Below, piece after piece: positions 38,330 to 51,432 of a DNA stretch of 64,000 nucleotides (position 1 is its first letter; every line of letters begins with the position of its first letter). The stretch comes from Octopus bimaculoides. Lineage: Eukaryota. The stretch is from contig NC_069003.1 of assembly GCF_001194135.2 (NCBI RefSeq), forward strand, positions 13,353,193 to 13,417,192, written 5' to 3'. A model generated the notes under the pieces. It saw only the letters and a program-made list of their open reading frames with translations. It was not told where the DNA came from and made no database searches. Both the position numbers and the translations under genes were made by a program.

Positions 38330-38720
38330 GGCGTAGGAGTGGCTGTGTGGTAAATAGCTTGCTTATGAACCACATGGATCCGGGTTCAGTCCCACTGCGT
38401 GGCGCCTTGAGCAAGTGTCTTTACTATAGCCTCGGGCCAACCAAAAGCCTTGTGAGTGGATTTGGTAGACGGAAACTGAAAGAAGCCCGTCGTATATATG
38501 TATATATATATATGTGTGTGTGTGTGTCTTTGTTTGTCCGCCAACATCGCTTGACAACTGATGCTGGTGTGTTTACGTCCCCGTAACTTAGCGGTTCGGC
38601 AAAAGAGACCGATAGAATAAGTACTAGGCTTCCAAAAAATAAGTCCTGGGGTCGATTTGCTCGACTAAAGACAGTGCTCCAGCATGGCCACAGTCAAATG
38701 ACTGAAACAAGTAAAAGAGT
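38330..38720 (+). mobile_element. SINE family A, full-length and young, nested in a minus-strand family F SINE
   Basis: A-box TGGCTGTGTGG and B-box GGGTTCAGTCCC; highly similar to 52610-52988 and 60234-60657. Family F halves lie at ~38190-38329 and ~38725-38775. Confidence 0.9.
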
Positions 38721-39710
38721 TATGAGATGGAAGAAATGCCACTAAGCATTTTGTCTGGCATGCTAATGATTCTGACTCAAGTGGGATTAAATTCACTGGA
38801 AAAACTAAATATGTTTTAAGCCTAAAATTATGTTTACAAACATTAAATGTACTTTCATGCTGACTGTTAGTGTATGTGTATATACTTACTGTTAGTATAA
38901 TGTGTATATACACTTTTAGAATACATGTGTATATATACATTGCATAAAAACACTTTACTCTAAAGGTCGCTGACTCTGGGCTAATCTTTTAGATTACCTG
39001 GTCAGTAGTATTGATGTCGGTGAACTTTTGGATAATTGTCTTTTTATGTAACACTTACCTGTAACATATGATATAACCATGTAGCCTGGGGTTTCAACTC
39101 CATCCTCATTATTACAATATTGTGGAATTTTCAAAAGATTTCTGTCTTTCTCCCTCCTCCTTGTCTTTCTTTCTCTTCTGACAACTTACTTTAGTTGCTG
39201 TCATCTTAGAATAACAGAGTGAATATTTCTTCCAAAAAAATTACCACTACCATCGCCATCACCACCACCACTACTACTACTACTGCAACTACTATACCCA
39301 TGTAGTCTTTTTTTCATTCATTGCCTAATATATATTTCTAATGCTTAAGTAGACTATGTCTCCTTTTTCCCATTATTTTTTACACTGTACTCAAACTCCC
39401 TTGATCACCTCACCTTTTTCTTTGTCTCTCTTTTCCTCATTTTCTCCTTCTCTTCTCTTGTTCCCTTACTCTTAGCATGCCCAATCTCACCTTCCTCCAC
39501 TACCTACACTTTTGCCTCATTTTTTTTCCCCAACTATATTTTTCTCTGTCATTTTACTGATGAAGGTCTAGTGTTCGAAACATCAGGACACTTTAGCTTC
39601 TTTTTAAGCATTAAATTAATACAGCATTAGTTAAATCTTGTCCTCCCCCCTATGTTTTCCTTTTGTATTCGTAGTTTAATATATATATATGTATATGTAT
39701 ATATATATAT

Positions 39711-39766
<56 letters not shown>

Positions 39767-40128
39767 TAAGATTTTTAAACTTTTAAATTTTCATATTCAA
39801 AAGAGACAGAGACTTCAAATTCGATATATCGATTTATTCACCACTCTATGTTAACATTTCTGTGCCAAACTTATCCAGTGACTGGTCCATTGGATTTAGA
39901 CGTTTGGCACTTCTTCAGGAGTGGTTACCTTTCGAACAAAACACGAAAAAACACATACATAACTATTATTAGGTCTTTAGGACATCGTTAGCTTTCAATA
40001 TATATATATTGAAAAATTGCTATTTCAAATGAGACAGCATAATTGTTAATCAATGCTTAGAACTCTTTGTATATCCAAGTTCCAATCAAGTATTAAACAT
40101 AATGTCTTCTGATTTTCTTTAGGTATTA

Positions 40129-40363
40129 CAGTAACCCCTCGTCATTTCGCGGTTCACCTATCGTGGTTTATTATTTAAGCTTACATTGATTCCTCTGTGG
40201 TGTTGTTTTGCATTTATAATAAAATAAATATATACAAATTATAAAAATAATAAAAAATATATATACATATACAGCACAGCATTGTTTCTACTTTGCGGAT
40301 TTTCACCTATCGTGGGGTAAAGTGGGGTGGAATATGACACCCGCGATAGTCGAGAGATTACTG
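40129..40363. mobile_element. pogo/Tigger-like MITE, 235 bp
   Basis: TA|CAGTAACCCCTCGTCATTTCGCGG ... CCGCGATAGTCGAGAGATTACTG|TA, with TA TSD at 40127-40128 and 40364-40365. Confidence 0.88.
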
Positions 40364-40461
40364 TATATTCACTAGTGAAACACATGTTCAGGTTATATAA
40401 CTTATGTCATAATAAAAAGATGAACTAATTTTTCTGATTCATTCTGTCTGCTCACTTTCTC

Positions 40462-40547
<86 letters not shown>

Positions 40548-40560
40548 GATGTGAAAACAT

Positions 40561-40878
40561 GTGGCTTAGTGGTTAGGGTATTTGACTTACGATCGTAAAG
40601 TTGTGAGTTCAATTCCCAGCGATGCATTGTGTCCTCGAGCAAGACACTTTATTTCATGTTGCTCCAGTCTACTCAACTGGCAAAAACAAGTGGTACCTGT
40701 ATTTCAAAGGACCAGCCTTGTCACACTCTGTGTCATGCTGAATCTCCCTGAGAACTACGTTAAGGCTACACATATCTGTGGAGCACTCAGCCACTTGCAC
40801 GTTAATTTCACAAGCAGCTTGTTCCATTGATCAGATCAACTGGAACCCTTGGTGTCGTAACCAATGAAGTTCCAGTTT
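40561..40878 (+). mobile_element. SINE family B copy
   Basis: GTGGCTTAGTGG A-box and GAGTTCAATTCCC B-box; colinear with 10168-10484. Confidence 0.85.
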
Positions 40879-40886
40879 TATATATA

Positions 40887-41240
40887 TGATGATAGGCATC
40901 TGTTGGTGTCGAAAGACCATGAATCTGTGTTTGGAAAATTTTGTGTCAGCTGCTGATGGCAGTGCAGTGTCTACTTTGGCTGCATAAGGCCACATGAAGT
41001 GACTACATTTGAAGATGCTCTTCACCAGCACTACTGAGTTTTCCTTTTTTCAAGCGCACTTTTCCTCAGTGGCAAGTTCCAATTTCTCTTCCTCTTGCAC
41101 TGTCCCTTTGTATAGTACTTGTCTCCAGCATGGGCAATCATTTGCAACCTTCTCCCATCTCAGAATGTCCAGATCTATTGATTTCATAGCTGTCTTGAAG
41201 ATGTCCTTAAAACAAAGATGAGTTTGTCCTCGTGCTCTTC
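40887..41240 (-). mobile_element. 3' end of a second, BovB-like RTE LINE family, decayed
   Basis: Minus strand reads RARGQTHLCFKDIFKTAMKSIDLDILRWEKVANDCPCWRQVLYKGTVQEEEK, matching the RTE C-terminal R.RGRP.LR.KD..K.DMK...I....WE..A.DR..WR pattern; short (ATC) tail. Confidence 0.75.
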
Positions 41241-41636
41241 TATACCAGACCCTTTTAAACCATCTAACTCATGCTAGCATGGGAAGCAGCTGTTGAATAC
41301 TAGTGATGATGATGATGATGATATGTGCTCAATGTGTGACAATTTTACCTTTTGAATTTTGGCTCTTATTGTTAATCGCATTAAACTCCCATTGTGTTGT
41401 GGTCACACAGGGTTCTTCTATGGTCTGAAGAGGACATAATTTAATGAGCACATCAATAAGGAAGGATTTCAACATGGTATTCTTTTATGGCAGCTATTAC
41501 ATATGTTTCAATATTTGGTAATATATGATGTCACATTCTAAAAGTAATCCATAAATGCACCTCATAAGTGCAGCAGGCATTATCAAGATGGATATTTCCT
41601 CACACAAAAGTATTTGACTTGATTTTATATGTGTGT

Positions 41637-41712
<76 letters not shown>

Positions 41713-44700
41713 CGTGTGTGTGATAAAGAACATTGAAGTTAGCAACTTTCTTTTAATATATTGTTTACAATTGTTTCATCGGGTTCCAGTATAAACAACC
41801 TTGTGTCAAACATCTGCATTATATATCCAATTCATGAACTCTATATATTTGTGAATGTACACACCTGTTTGTGTGTGTGTTTGTGTTTATATATATGATG
41901 CACATATTGAAATCTACATTTTTTTTTTACATATTCAAGTGGCAGTATAATCATAATGATAATAATGATTCAAATTATTTTAAACAAGAAAGGCTTTTCC
42001 TTTCCCCAAGTTCATTACCATTGCGTGTATGTATTTATTATTCATGTATGTATATATATGTATATATATACAAGTTTGTATACGTGTGTGTTTCAGTCTA
42101 TATATCATTCTGTCCTTCAATTTTTTCCTACCATGCCCTACTCTCTCTCTATTTGTCTCTCTTTTTTTTTTTTGTTTCTATCTTAAACCTGTCACCTAAT
42201 TGTCGGTTTTATCTTTTTGTTAAAGGTTTTCTGCAAAATCCTCACATTGTTCCCGAGTCTGGTCCACATTTCCATTATCAGGGTCCTAGCTGCCTCCTCA
42301 GTGGTAATGTGTGTTTTGTCTCATTCCATGACCTCTGCTGCTATAAATGTTGCTGCTGCTGCTACTACTACTACTGACCCTACCCACCCATCCACCTCCA
42401 GTATCCTCTACCAACCACAACCCCCACTCTTCCACCTTACACTACCACCTCCCCCTCCTTTCCTGTGCTCTCCACCACCAATGTGGCCATTCGACGCGAT
42501 GCTGATGCCAGTGCCCAAAAGTGCATTCATTATACAATTGTTTGAATGATGATAATGATATCATCCCACCCCCGCCTCCATCCCTTTTACCTTCATGCCA
42601 TACACCACCACCACCACCACCACCATGTTTCATACAATGCTACCTATGACCTGATTACTGACCCACTGGTCCCTAAAAACAAATCCCCATTTCCCCCATT
42701 CCACTCTCTAAAAAAAATAAGCAAGAGGCCAAGAGGAATATGTCTGTTAATGTTATAATTATTATTATTATTATTAACATTATTATTAATGTTTTGTTAG
42801 ACACTTGTTGTTATTATTATTATCATTATTTGATGGCATTATGTTTTGTTGTTTACATTTAGTTTTTATTTCCAAGTCTAGCAAAGCTTCAGAAATTACA
42901 TTTTTCTTTTCTTTGCTTCATTTTCCTGTTTTTTTTTTCTAAGTACTCTCCCCCTCTGCTCTACAGATCTCCTGACATTTTGCAACTCATTTAGGTCTTT
43001 AAGGGATACCATTTGAAGAATTTAAGCTTGTTGTTTGTACCTGGAAATATGTCAGACTGGTTGGAACCCATCCTTGTTCCAAACTATGAACTTGCAGAAA
43101 AGCACTTAGGCTCAGCGCCTGACATTTTACAGAACATTGGTTAATTACACACTGCTCCCTCCCACTGCAGACAGTTGTGTTCATCTTCATCTTATTTCCA
43201 AGTATTCCTACTTCCCCTGTTAATGTGAGCTAGCCATGCATCTCTTCTACAACAAGACACCTGTTCTTGCCCCTCTTTCATAGTTTAACTTCACAGCACC
43301 TGGTATAAAACCATCTCTCCCTCCTTAATACCCCCTCACTTAGTCATGGGGGATTTTCTTTTCTTTTTCTGTCTTGCAACTTAGTTGGCAACCTCGCAAC
43401 TTAGTTGGCAACCTCACTAATGTTGGTGCCATGAAAATAAGCACCCTGTACATACTGTAAAGTGGTTGGCATTAGGAAGGATATCTAGCTGTAGAAACCA
43501 TGCCAAAGCTGACACTAGAACTCATGAAGCCCTGCTACTTGCCAGATCCTGTCAAACTGTCCAATCCATGCCATCGAGGAAAGGAGACGTATGGTGATGA
43601 GGTGACTGATTAACAGCTAAGTAGACTGAGCCATTTACCTTGGTCTGTGGTCATGGAAATTTCTATGTAGCTGTGTGGACTAGTCACAAGGTTTGTGTCT
43701 AACACTTATCTTGGCTGATTGTTTTGCTCAGAAAATAGACGACAAACTAATTGTGATGAGTGATTGACTACATTTTATGTAGTAGACCAATTCAACCCAC
43801 GCCAGCATGGAAAAATCTGGCATGAAAATGAAGGCGATGATGATGATGATGATAGACAATGACAATGATTAGGGTAGATGAACAGTGTTCCACCCAGCAC
43901 CTTCTGTTACTTCCTCACCATCATTCTGGGACAGATAACTGTCAGTAAACTTCCAAATTTCATTCTTGTTGTCAGAAACTCATAAGCACGTAGCTTTGCT
44001 ACAACATTTTCTTGCCAGACACAAAGACAACATTTTTGTTTTGACCAAACCTCGCAAATATGGCACCATTGATATATCATGTACAAAAGTTAGAATGTAA
44101 GGTCTAAGAAATTAATTAATACACCTAATTCAGCCAATCAATACAACTGGTTTAACACACCTAATTTTCAAAATAAAACTACCTTTCCTCTTAGTAGTGG
44201 GAGCTTTTTTCCTTTTTCCTTTTCTTGTCTTCCTGCTCTTTTTTTTGTCTTGCAAGTTACTTGGCAATCTCACAACTGCCATTGGCACAAAAACAAAAAG
44301 AAAGAAGAAAACAACTGAAAAAAAAAACAAGCAAACCCAGTACACACTGAAAAATGGTTGGTGTTAAGAAGGGCATCCAGCTGTAGAAATCATGCCAAAG
44401 CTGACACTAGAGGTTGATACAGCTTAGTAGATTGCCAGATCCTGTCAAATTATCTTCCCCCATGCCAGCATGGAAAACATGTTAAATGAGGATGAGGAGG
44501 AGGATGTTTCTAAAAACCTTGAGTTCCTTTAACTAATGTGACCTTTCTCAACTCCATCACAGTATTTGCTCCCTACATGTAGACTTACAATTAGACTGTT
44601 CATTTCTTACATGTTAAGTTACAATCAGACACAGTACGTGCTCCCTGCATGTTGGTTTACAATCAGACAATGTCTGTTTCTAAGTTGGATAAGAATCAGG

Positions 44701-44963
44701 CAGTATGCAGTCCCTCCTGGTAGAATTAGGGGCAAGCTCCATACTGACACATAATAAATGGACAGCATTCTACAACTTGACAGCATGCATTGTCAAAACA
44801 GTGATTTAACCCTTTCGCATTAAACTAACCATATCCAGCCCAAATATTGAACATATTTTGCGTTCAAACTGACCAGATCTGACCTCTTGCACCTGCTCTA
44901 AAATGTCATTTTAAAAATAACAATCACATCATTGAAATGTCAAAGCTATGAGATGATGCATGA

Positions 44964-45270
44964 TTAATGGGTTGTCAGTGTGTTTCTGCAACACCAGTTT
45001 AATGGGTGGACAACAGTATGTTCCCAAATATTAATAGGCTGACAGTATGTTTCCCCAGCAAACACTGATTTAATGGGTTGCCGGTATGTTCCTAAATGAC
45101 CAATTTAATGGATGGGTAGTATGTTCCCAAAACATTAATTCAGTGGGTTGACATTATGTGTTCCCTTGATGCATATTTAATGGGTTACCAGTACCTGTCC
45201 ACAAAATATTGATTCAATTCTTGGACAATAATATGTTCCCAAAACACAAATTTAATGGGTTACCAATATG
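44964..45270. repeat. Diverged minisatellite, ~9 units of ~35 bp
   Basis: Recurrent TTAATGGGTTG.CAGTATGTTCCC at about 44964, 44998, 45030, 45069, 45104, 45139, 45176, 45213 and 45250. Confidence 0.75.
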
Positions 45271-45422
45271 GCACTCTAGTATGATGCATAAAAATATATT
45301 GAATCTAAGGTTTTCATCATGGTTTCTATAAGCTGTACGTTTTTGTTAACTAATTATGAAAGGCCAACTTTTCACAGCTTCATGACAAAATCTACCCTCT
45401 CCTCCCTTCTGTACCTACACAC

Positions 45423-45468
<46 letters not shown>

Positions 45469-45559
45469 GGGAGAATGTACGAAAAAACAACAACAGATGA
45501 GGACAGGTGGTGTAAATAACAAAAGGATGTATTAGTATGACGCTCAGGAATACGGAAAG

Positions 45560-45596
45560 TCTTTGACGTTTCGAGCTACGCTCTTCAGCAGAAAGA
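45560..45596 (-). ncRNA. Minimal type I hammerhead ribozyme-like motif (variant core) in a Penelope-like fragment (~45467-45662)
   Basis: Minus strand: UCUUU-CUGCUGA-A-GAGC(GUA)GCUC-GAAAC-GUC-AAAGA. Stem I is 5 bp, stem II is 4 bp, stem III is the palindrome ACGU, and the cleavage triplet is GUC. The core has A6C. Confidence 0.6.
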
Positions 45597-45742
45597 ATAC
45601 GCAGACAAGGAGAAAAACACGGAGAAAAAAAATTGAATAGTGTTCAGTCAACGGTCAATCATATATATATCTTAATAATCTGGTGTACAATTCACTATGG
45701 ATATTACTTCTGAATGAAGCATTAGTCGAGTATAGAGCACTA

Positions 45743-46074
45743 ATAAGAAAAAAGATGACAATGGAATAACCAATTATCTTATGAACTTCATTAACTTACA
45801 GCTGTTTCCACTATGAGATGTGGTTGACTGATAGTTGAGTGCCTGAGTAACACTTTATAGCTTCGTCAGAGCCTCAAACATGAAGTGCAATTTTTGGGGG
45901 AAATTTGTTTTCCCAAATAAATTGCACTTCATGTTTGATGCTTGGATGGATGAAACTGTAAAGGTGTTATTCAGGCATTCAGCTACAAGTCCACCCCATC
46001 TTGTAGTAGAAACATCTGTAAGCCAACGAAGTTAATATGACAATCATTTATTCTTTTGTCATCTCTTTTCTTAT
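45743..46074. mobile_element. Palindromic Penelope-like element (~160-bp arms, 4-nt loop) with a hammerhead motif in each arm
   Basis: 45743-45903 is the reverse complement of 45908-46074, with a perfect 20-bp core at 45874-45893/45919-45938. A single-arm relative lies at ~14815-14950. Confidence 0.75.
45793..45873 (-). ncRNA. Type I hammerhead ribozyme-like motif with extended stem II
   Basis: Minus strand: GGCU-CUGACGA-[AGCUAUA...~55 nt...AUAGUG]-GAAACAGCUGUA-AGUU. Canonical CUGANGA and GAAA, palindromic stem III ACAGCUGU, GUA triplet. Confidence 0.55.
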
Positions 46075-48512
46075 ATGTATGTGTAATATATATATATATA
46101 TAGTTGAATATCACTGGAAGAAAGGGCTGGTGGATTAGAATACATACATGTTGTGATGGATTTTTATTTTAATTAAAGCACACTATTGAAACATATATAG
46201 TGATGTTTTAAACAATCCATTCATTTTTATTTACTCTATATATATGTATATATATATATATACAATGTTTTATTTCAAATTATTGTGTATGTGTGTGTCC
46301 TGCTGATTTTCATGAAATAACAAGAAATGTGTTTCTGTTGTTATTTTAATCATATCCATTCATTTTAGCTTCTATCCAAAATATATTGTCACCATTTTTG
46401 TACCAAGTGCAACCTGCTTTAACTCAACTCACTGATTCTATCCTTTTTTTTTTGCTTTGTCTTTTACACATCTGTCATTGAGAAAAAGTTTTTTTATTTC
46501 CTTCTCTTCTATTCTTCATTTTCTTGCTTTCTAGACATGGGCCCTCTTTCCTTTCTTTTTTTCTTTTTCTTTCATAAAGCTGGCTGGCCAGTCATTTGTG
46601 TGACCCTTTCTCTTTCCCTTCACACACACACACACACACACACACTCTCTCTCTCCCTCTCCCTCTCAGCTTCATCCATTTCAGTGGAAATTGTATTCTT
46701 GGTTAAACCCTTTCTATTGTCTAGTTATCTTACAAGTTGTGTGTATGTATATACATATGGCTGTGTGGTTAAGAAGTTTACTTCCCAACCACATGATTTT
46801 GGGTTCATTTGTACTGAGTGGCACCTTTGGCAAGTGTCTTAATATAGCCCTTGGCCAGCCAAAGCTTTATGAGTAGATTTGGCAGACGGAAACCAAAAGA
46901 AGACTGCTATGTGTGTGTGTGTGTGTTTGTGTGTCTCCCTTTATCTTGACATTGTGTGCTTATCAATAAATGTCATTCCTTTCCAACATCCCTGCAAAAG
47001 CATGTCTGGTCTTGGAAAAATATTACCTTGCTTGGAAACAACGTAAGAGTTGGCAGTAAGAAGGGTGTTTTGCTGTAGAATATCTGCTGAAGAGACTGGC
47101 CCTGATGTCTTCTATGTAATACAAGAATGGCTTATCAACTGAGTGGGCCATTCCATCTTACAACGGTTCATAGACAGTACACCAAAATTTGAGTCTTTTA
47201 TTCCAACACCTCTTTTCATATTATGTCTATATTTCTTTAACCAACTTCTTTTAAAACTACATTTTTTACCCCTCCAACAACTAAAAAAAAAAAGAACAAA
47301 AATAGCTTGTGTTTGTTTGTGCCATTGTACAAATTAATCATAAATTTTCTTATTTATTTTCATATAAAATAATCATAAATAATCAGATATTTAATTTCAG
47401 TGATTATATCTTTCTTCTACATATTGTTATTTGCATTGTATTTTTTGTTGTTCTTATGTATAATTCAAATATAAATGCTTATACTGTAATGTCACTTGGT
47501 ATTTCTTGGGTGGGTGGGGGAAATCATGAGGGAGTTATTGGTATTTTGAAGGTAAAATTACGTTCTTCTTTCTCTTCTTTTTTTCAAATCTGACGTTAAT
47601 TTCAGCGTGGCTGGTTCAATTTGTGTAGCAGCCAGTTGAAAGGAATTAATGGTGTTTAAAGTAAAAAATATTCCCTCAGATATTATTCAATTCTTTTCCA
47701 ATAACTAAAAGAAAACAAAAAATTTCTTCTTGTTTGTTAGAAGTTTTCTTCAAGTTGATATATATATATGTATGCCTTAACGTCCTGTGATAGTTGTAAA
47801 TGAGTGTCACTGTCATACAAGTGGTGTCATTTCCAGTCTTCCAAACATGTTTGAACAGAAGAGCCACTTACATTGTGGCATTCGAACCTCAAGGGTATGC
47901 CCTAGCACTTGCCACCATCTATATCTTTACTCAACCATCCCATTTATATTCCAATCCCCGTCCCTTGTGAGTATGCCCAGCATTTTGCCACCATCTCTAT
48001 CCTGCTGTCTCCCACTCTCTCTCCTTCTACACTTGCCTCAGGCTGGTTAACCATATATTTCCTTTGCAGTGGCGCATCTATTTCTGTCTTCATTCCTGAT
48101 CTCTCTCTCTCTTTCTCTCACACTCCCCTCNNNNNNNNNNNNNNNNNNNNNNNNNNNNNNNNNNNNNNNNNGGGGGGGGGGGGGGGCAGGTAAACTTGTA
48201 CTTCCTCTACAGCAAGACACCTCTTTCTGTTTCACTATAACCTTTCATCATCCAACACAAGATCACTGCCTCCAATGTCCCCTCCCTTCTTGAAAGTTTT
48301 TTTTTTCTTTTGTCTTGCAAGTACTTGGTGACCCTGTCAGTGCAGGTGTCACTTAAAAGCACCCAGTCCACACTGTAAAGTGATTGGTGGTCGGAAGGGC
48401 ATCCAGCTGTAAAAATCCTGCCAAAACAGCCACAGATGTCTGGTGCAGGCTTTTGCCTTGCTGGCTCTTGTCACGCCTTCCCACCCATTCTAGAATGGAA
48501 AGCAGACGTTAA

Positions 48513-48548
<36 letters not shown>

Positions 48549-50299
48549 GTGGTGGTGATATATATGTATGTATATCAGCCCCACTCTCTGGCACCTTGGT
48601 CCAATGTCCTCTATTATAGCTTTGGGCCAACTAAAGCCATGTGAGTGGATTTGGTAGTCAGAAACTGAAAGAAGTTCATCATGTGTGTGTGTGTGCGCGC
48701 TTGTCCACCACCACTTGACAACTGTTGTTTGTGTTTTTAGATCCCTGTAACTTAGCAGTTCAGTAAAATTGTCTGATAGAATAAGTACCAAGCTTTAAAA
48801 AAAAAAAAGACATCCTGGGGTTGATTCAGTTGACTGAGAATTGTTCAATATGGTGCCCCAGTATAGCCACAGTCAAATGGCTGAAACAAATAAAAGATAT
48901 ATATATATATATATATANNNNNNNNNNNNNNNNNNNNNNNNNNNNNNNNNNNNNNNNNNNNNNNNNNNNNNNNNNNNNNNNNNNNNNNNNNNNNNNNNNN
49001 NNNNNNNNNNNNNNNNNNNNNNNNNNNNNNNNNNNNNNNNNNNNNNNNNNACATTGGTTTATGTAGGACAAATGCGAGTGTCCAGTACATGTCATGTTCT
49101 ACAGGAAACCAAGACTTTGTCTCATGACTTGAGTTTACATGACTTTTCTCATTTGAAAAGCTCAGTGGCTTGAAACTTGAGTTGCAAGAGAAACTGTTTT
49201 AAATAAAAAAAATAAAAAATAGTAAAAGCTATTTTACATATATTAGTGCAGATATGACTGGGTTGTAAAAAGTTTGCTTCCCAACCACATGGTTCATGGT
49301 TCAGTCTCACTGCATGACACCTTGGGCAAGTGTCTTCTATTACAGCCCCAGACTGACCAATGATTTGTGAGTGCATTTTATGGACAGAAACTGAAAAAAA
49401 CCCATAATCTCTTTCTCTCTCTCTCTCTCTCTCTGTATATAAAACAAATGAGAGAAAGAGGAAATTCATGAGATTCTTTATTAATACACCGATCATTTTG
49501 ACACCTCTTGCCTCGGTCCCTCACAGGTGAGATTCTGGGCAACTGGTTGTGGTGCAGATGTGTCTCGTCAGGTGGCTTTCAAATATACGCATTTCTGCTC
49601 GGTTCAATTAATACATGTTGTTATTTGCCTGTAGTTGGATGCCTACAAGTTTCATGGTTTGGAATGACATGGGATGGATACAGTTTATTTTTTATATATA
49701 CCGGTAATGGGTGTACATATGGTTTATCATAAATAAAACACAGAAAATAAGAAATATATATATATATATATATATATAATATAAGTATGTATTCTTTCAT
49801 TCTTTTATTTATTTCAGTCATTTGACTGCAGCTTTGTAAGCCTAGTACTTATTCTATCAGTCCCTTTTGCCGAACCGCTAAGTTACAGGGATGTAAACAC
49901 ACCAGCATCAGTTGTCAGGTGATGGTGAGGGGACAAACAGTCACACAAACATACACACACACACACACATATATATACGATGGGCTTCTTTCCGTTTCTG
50001 TCTATCAAACCCAGTCACAAGGCTTTAGTCGGCCCGAGGCTATAGTAAAAGATACTCGCCCAAGGTGCCACACAGTGGAACTGAACCCAGAACTATGTGG
50101 TTGGTAAGCAAGCTACTTACCACACAGCCACTCCTGTACCTTATATAGTGGCTCTGTGGTAAAAAGCTTGCTACCCAATCACATGGTTCCGAGTTCAGTC
50201 CCACTGCATAGTACACTGGGCAAGTTTCTTCTGCTATAACCTCAGGCTGGCCAAAACCTTGTGAGTGGATTTGGTAAATGGAAACTGAAAGAAGCCTAT

Positions 50300-50589
50300 C
50301 GTTGCCAGTGCCCCTGGACTGGCTTTTGTGCAGGTGGCACATAAAATACACCATTTTGAGCGTGGCCGTTGCCAGTACCGCCTGACTGGCCTTCGTGCGG
50401 GTGACATGTAAAAGCACCGACTACACTCTCTGAGTGGTTGGCGTTAGGAAGGGCATCCAGCTGTAGAAATTCTGCCAAATCAGATTGGAGCCTGGTGTAG
50501 CCATCTGGTTTCACCAGTCCTCTGTCAAATCGTCCAACCCATGCTAGCATGGAAAGTGGACGTTAAACGACGACGATGATGATGATGAT
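50300..50589 (+). mobile_element. RTE LINE 3' UTR with (GAC/GAT)n tail, well-preserved copy
   Basis: gagtggttggcgttaggaagggcatccagctgtagaaa...ccaacccatgctagcatggaaagtggacgttaaacgacgacgatgat; near-identical terminal part at 7743-7845. Confidence 0.8.
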
Positions 50590-51394
50590 ATATCNNNNNN
50601 NNNNNNNNNNNNNNNNNNNNNNNNNNNNNNNNNNNNNNNNNNNNNNNNNNNNNNNNNNNNNNNNNNNNNNNNNNNNNNNNNNNNNNNNNNNNNNNNNNNN
50701 NNNNNNNNNNNNNNNNNNNNNNNNNNNNNNNNNNNNNNNNNNNNNNNNNNNNNNNNNNNNNNNNNNNNNNNNNNNNNNNNNNNNNNNNNNNNNNNNNNNN
50801 NNNNNNNNNNNNNNNNNNNNNNNNNNNNNNNNNNNNNNNNNNNNNNNNNNNNNNNNNNNNNNNNNNNNNNNNNNNNNNNNNNNNNNNNNNNNNNNNNNNN
50901 NNNNNNNNNNNNNNNNNNNNNNNNNNNNNNNNNNNNNNNNNNNNNNNNNNNNNNNNNNNNNNNNNNNNNNNNNNNNNNNNNNNNNNNNNNNNNNNNNNNN
51001 NNNNNNNNNNNNNNNNNNNNNNNNNNNNNNNNNNNNNNNNNNNNNNNNNNNNNNNNNNNNNNNNNNNNNNNNNNNNNNNNNNNNNNNNNNNNNNNNNNNN
51101 NNNNNNNNNNNNNNNNNNNNNNNNNNNNNNNNNNNNNNNNNNNNNNNNNNNNNNNNNNNNNNNNNNNNNNNNNNNNNNNNNNNNNNNNNNNNNNNNNNNN
51201 NNNNNNNNNNNNNNNNNNNNNNNNNNNNNNNNNNNNNNNNNNNNNNNNNNNNNNNNNNNNNNNNNNNNNNNNNNNNNNNNNNNNNNNNNNNNNNNNNNNN
51301 NNNNNNNNNNNNNNNNNNNNNNNNNNNNNNNNNNNNNNNNNNNNNNNNNNNNNNNNNNNNNNNNNNNNNNNNNNNNNNNNNNNNNNNNNNNNNN

Positions 51395-51432
<38 letters not shown>

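Noticed and set aside
38330-38400. tRNA genes
   Set aside because: The A/B boxes belong to SINE heads that continue into SINE bodies; no complete cloverleaf with an acceptor stem is supported.
42217-42660. Pro/His-rich ORFs suggestive of the CHERP proline-rich region
   Set aside because: Low-complexity (CCA/CAC/CTA)n sequence with no convincing splice sites or recognisable CHERP motif.
44964-45270. CRISPR-like periodicity (~35 bp)
   Set aside because: Eukaryotic context, diverged units with no unique spacers and no cas genes; it is a minisatellite.
49508-49535. CACAG|GTGAG donor-like site
   Set aside because: No upstream acceptor or open CHERP-like frame; such motifs occur by chance in 64 kb.
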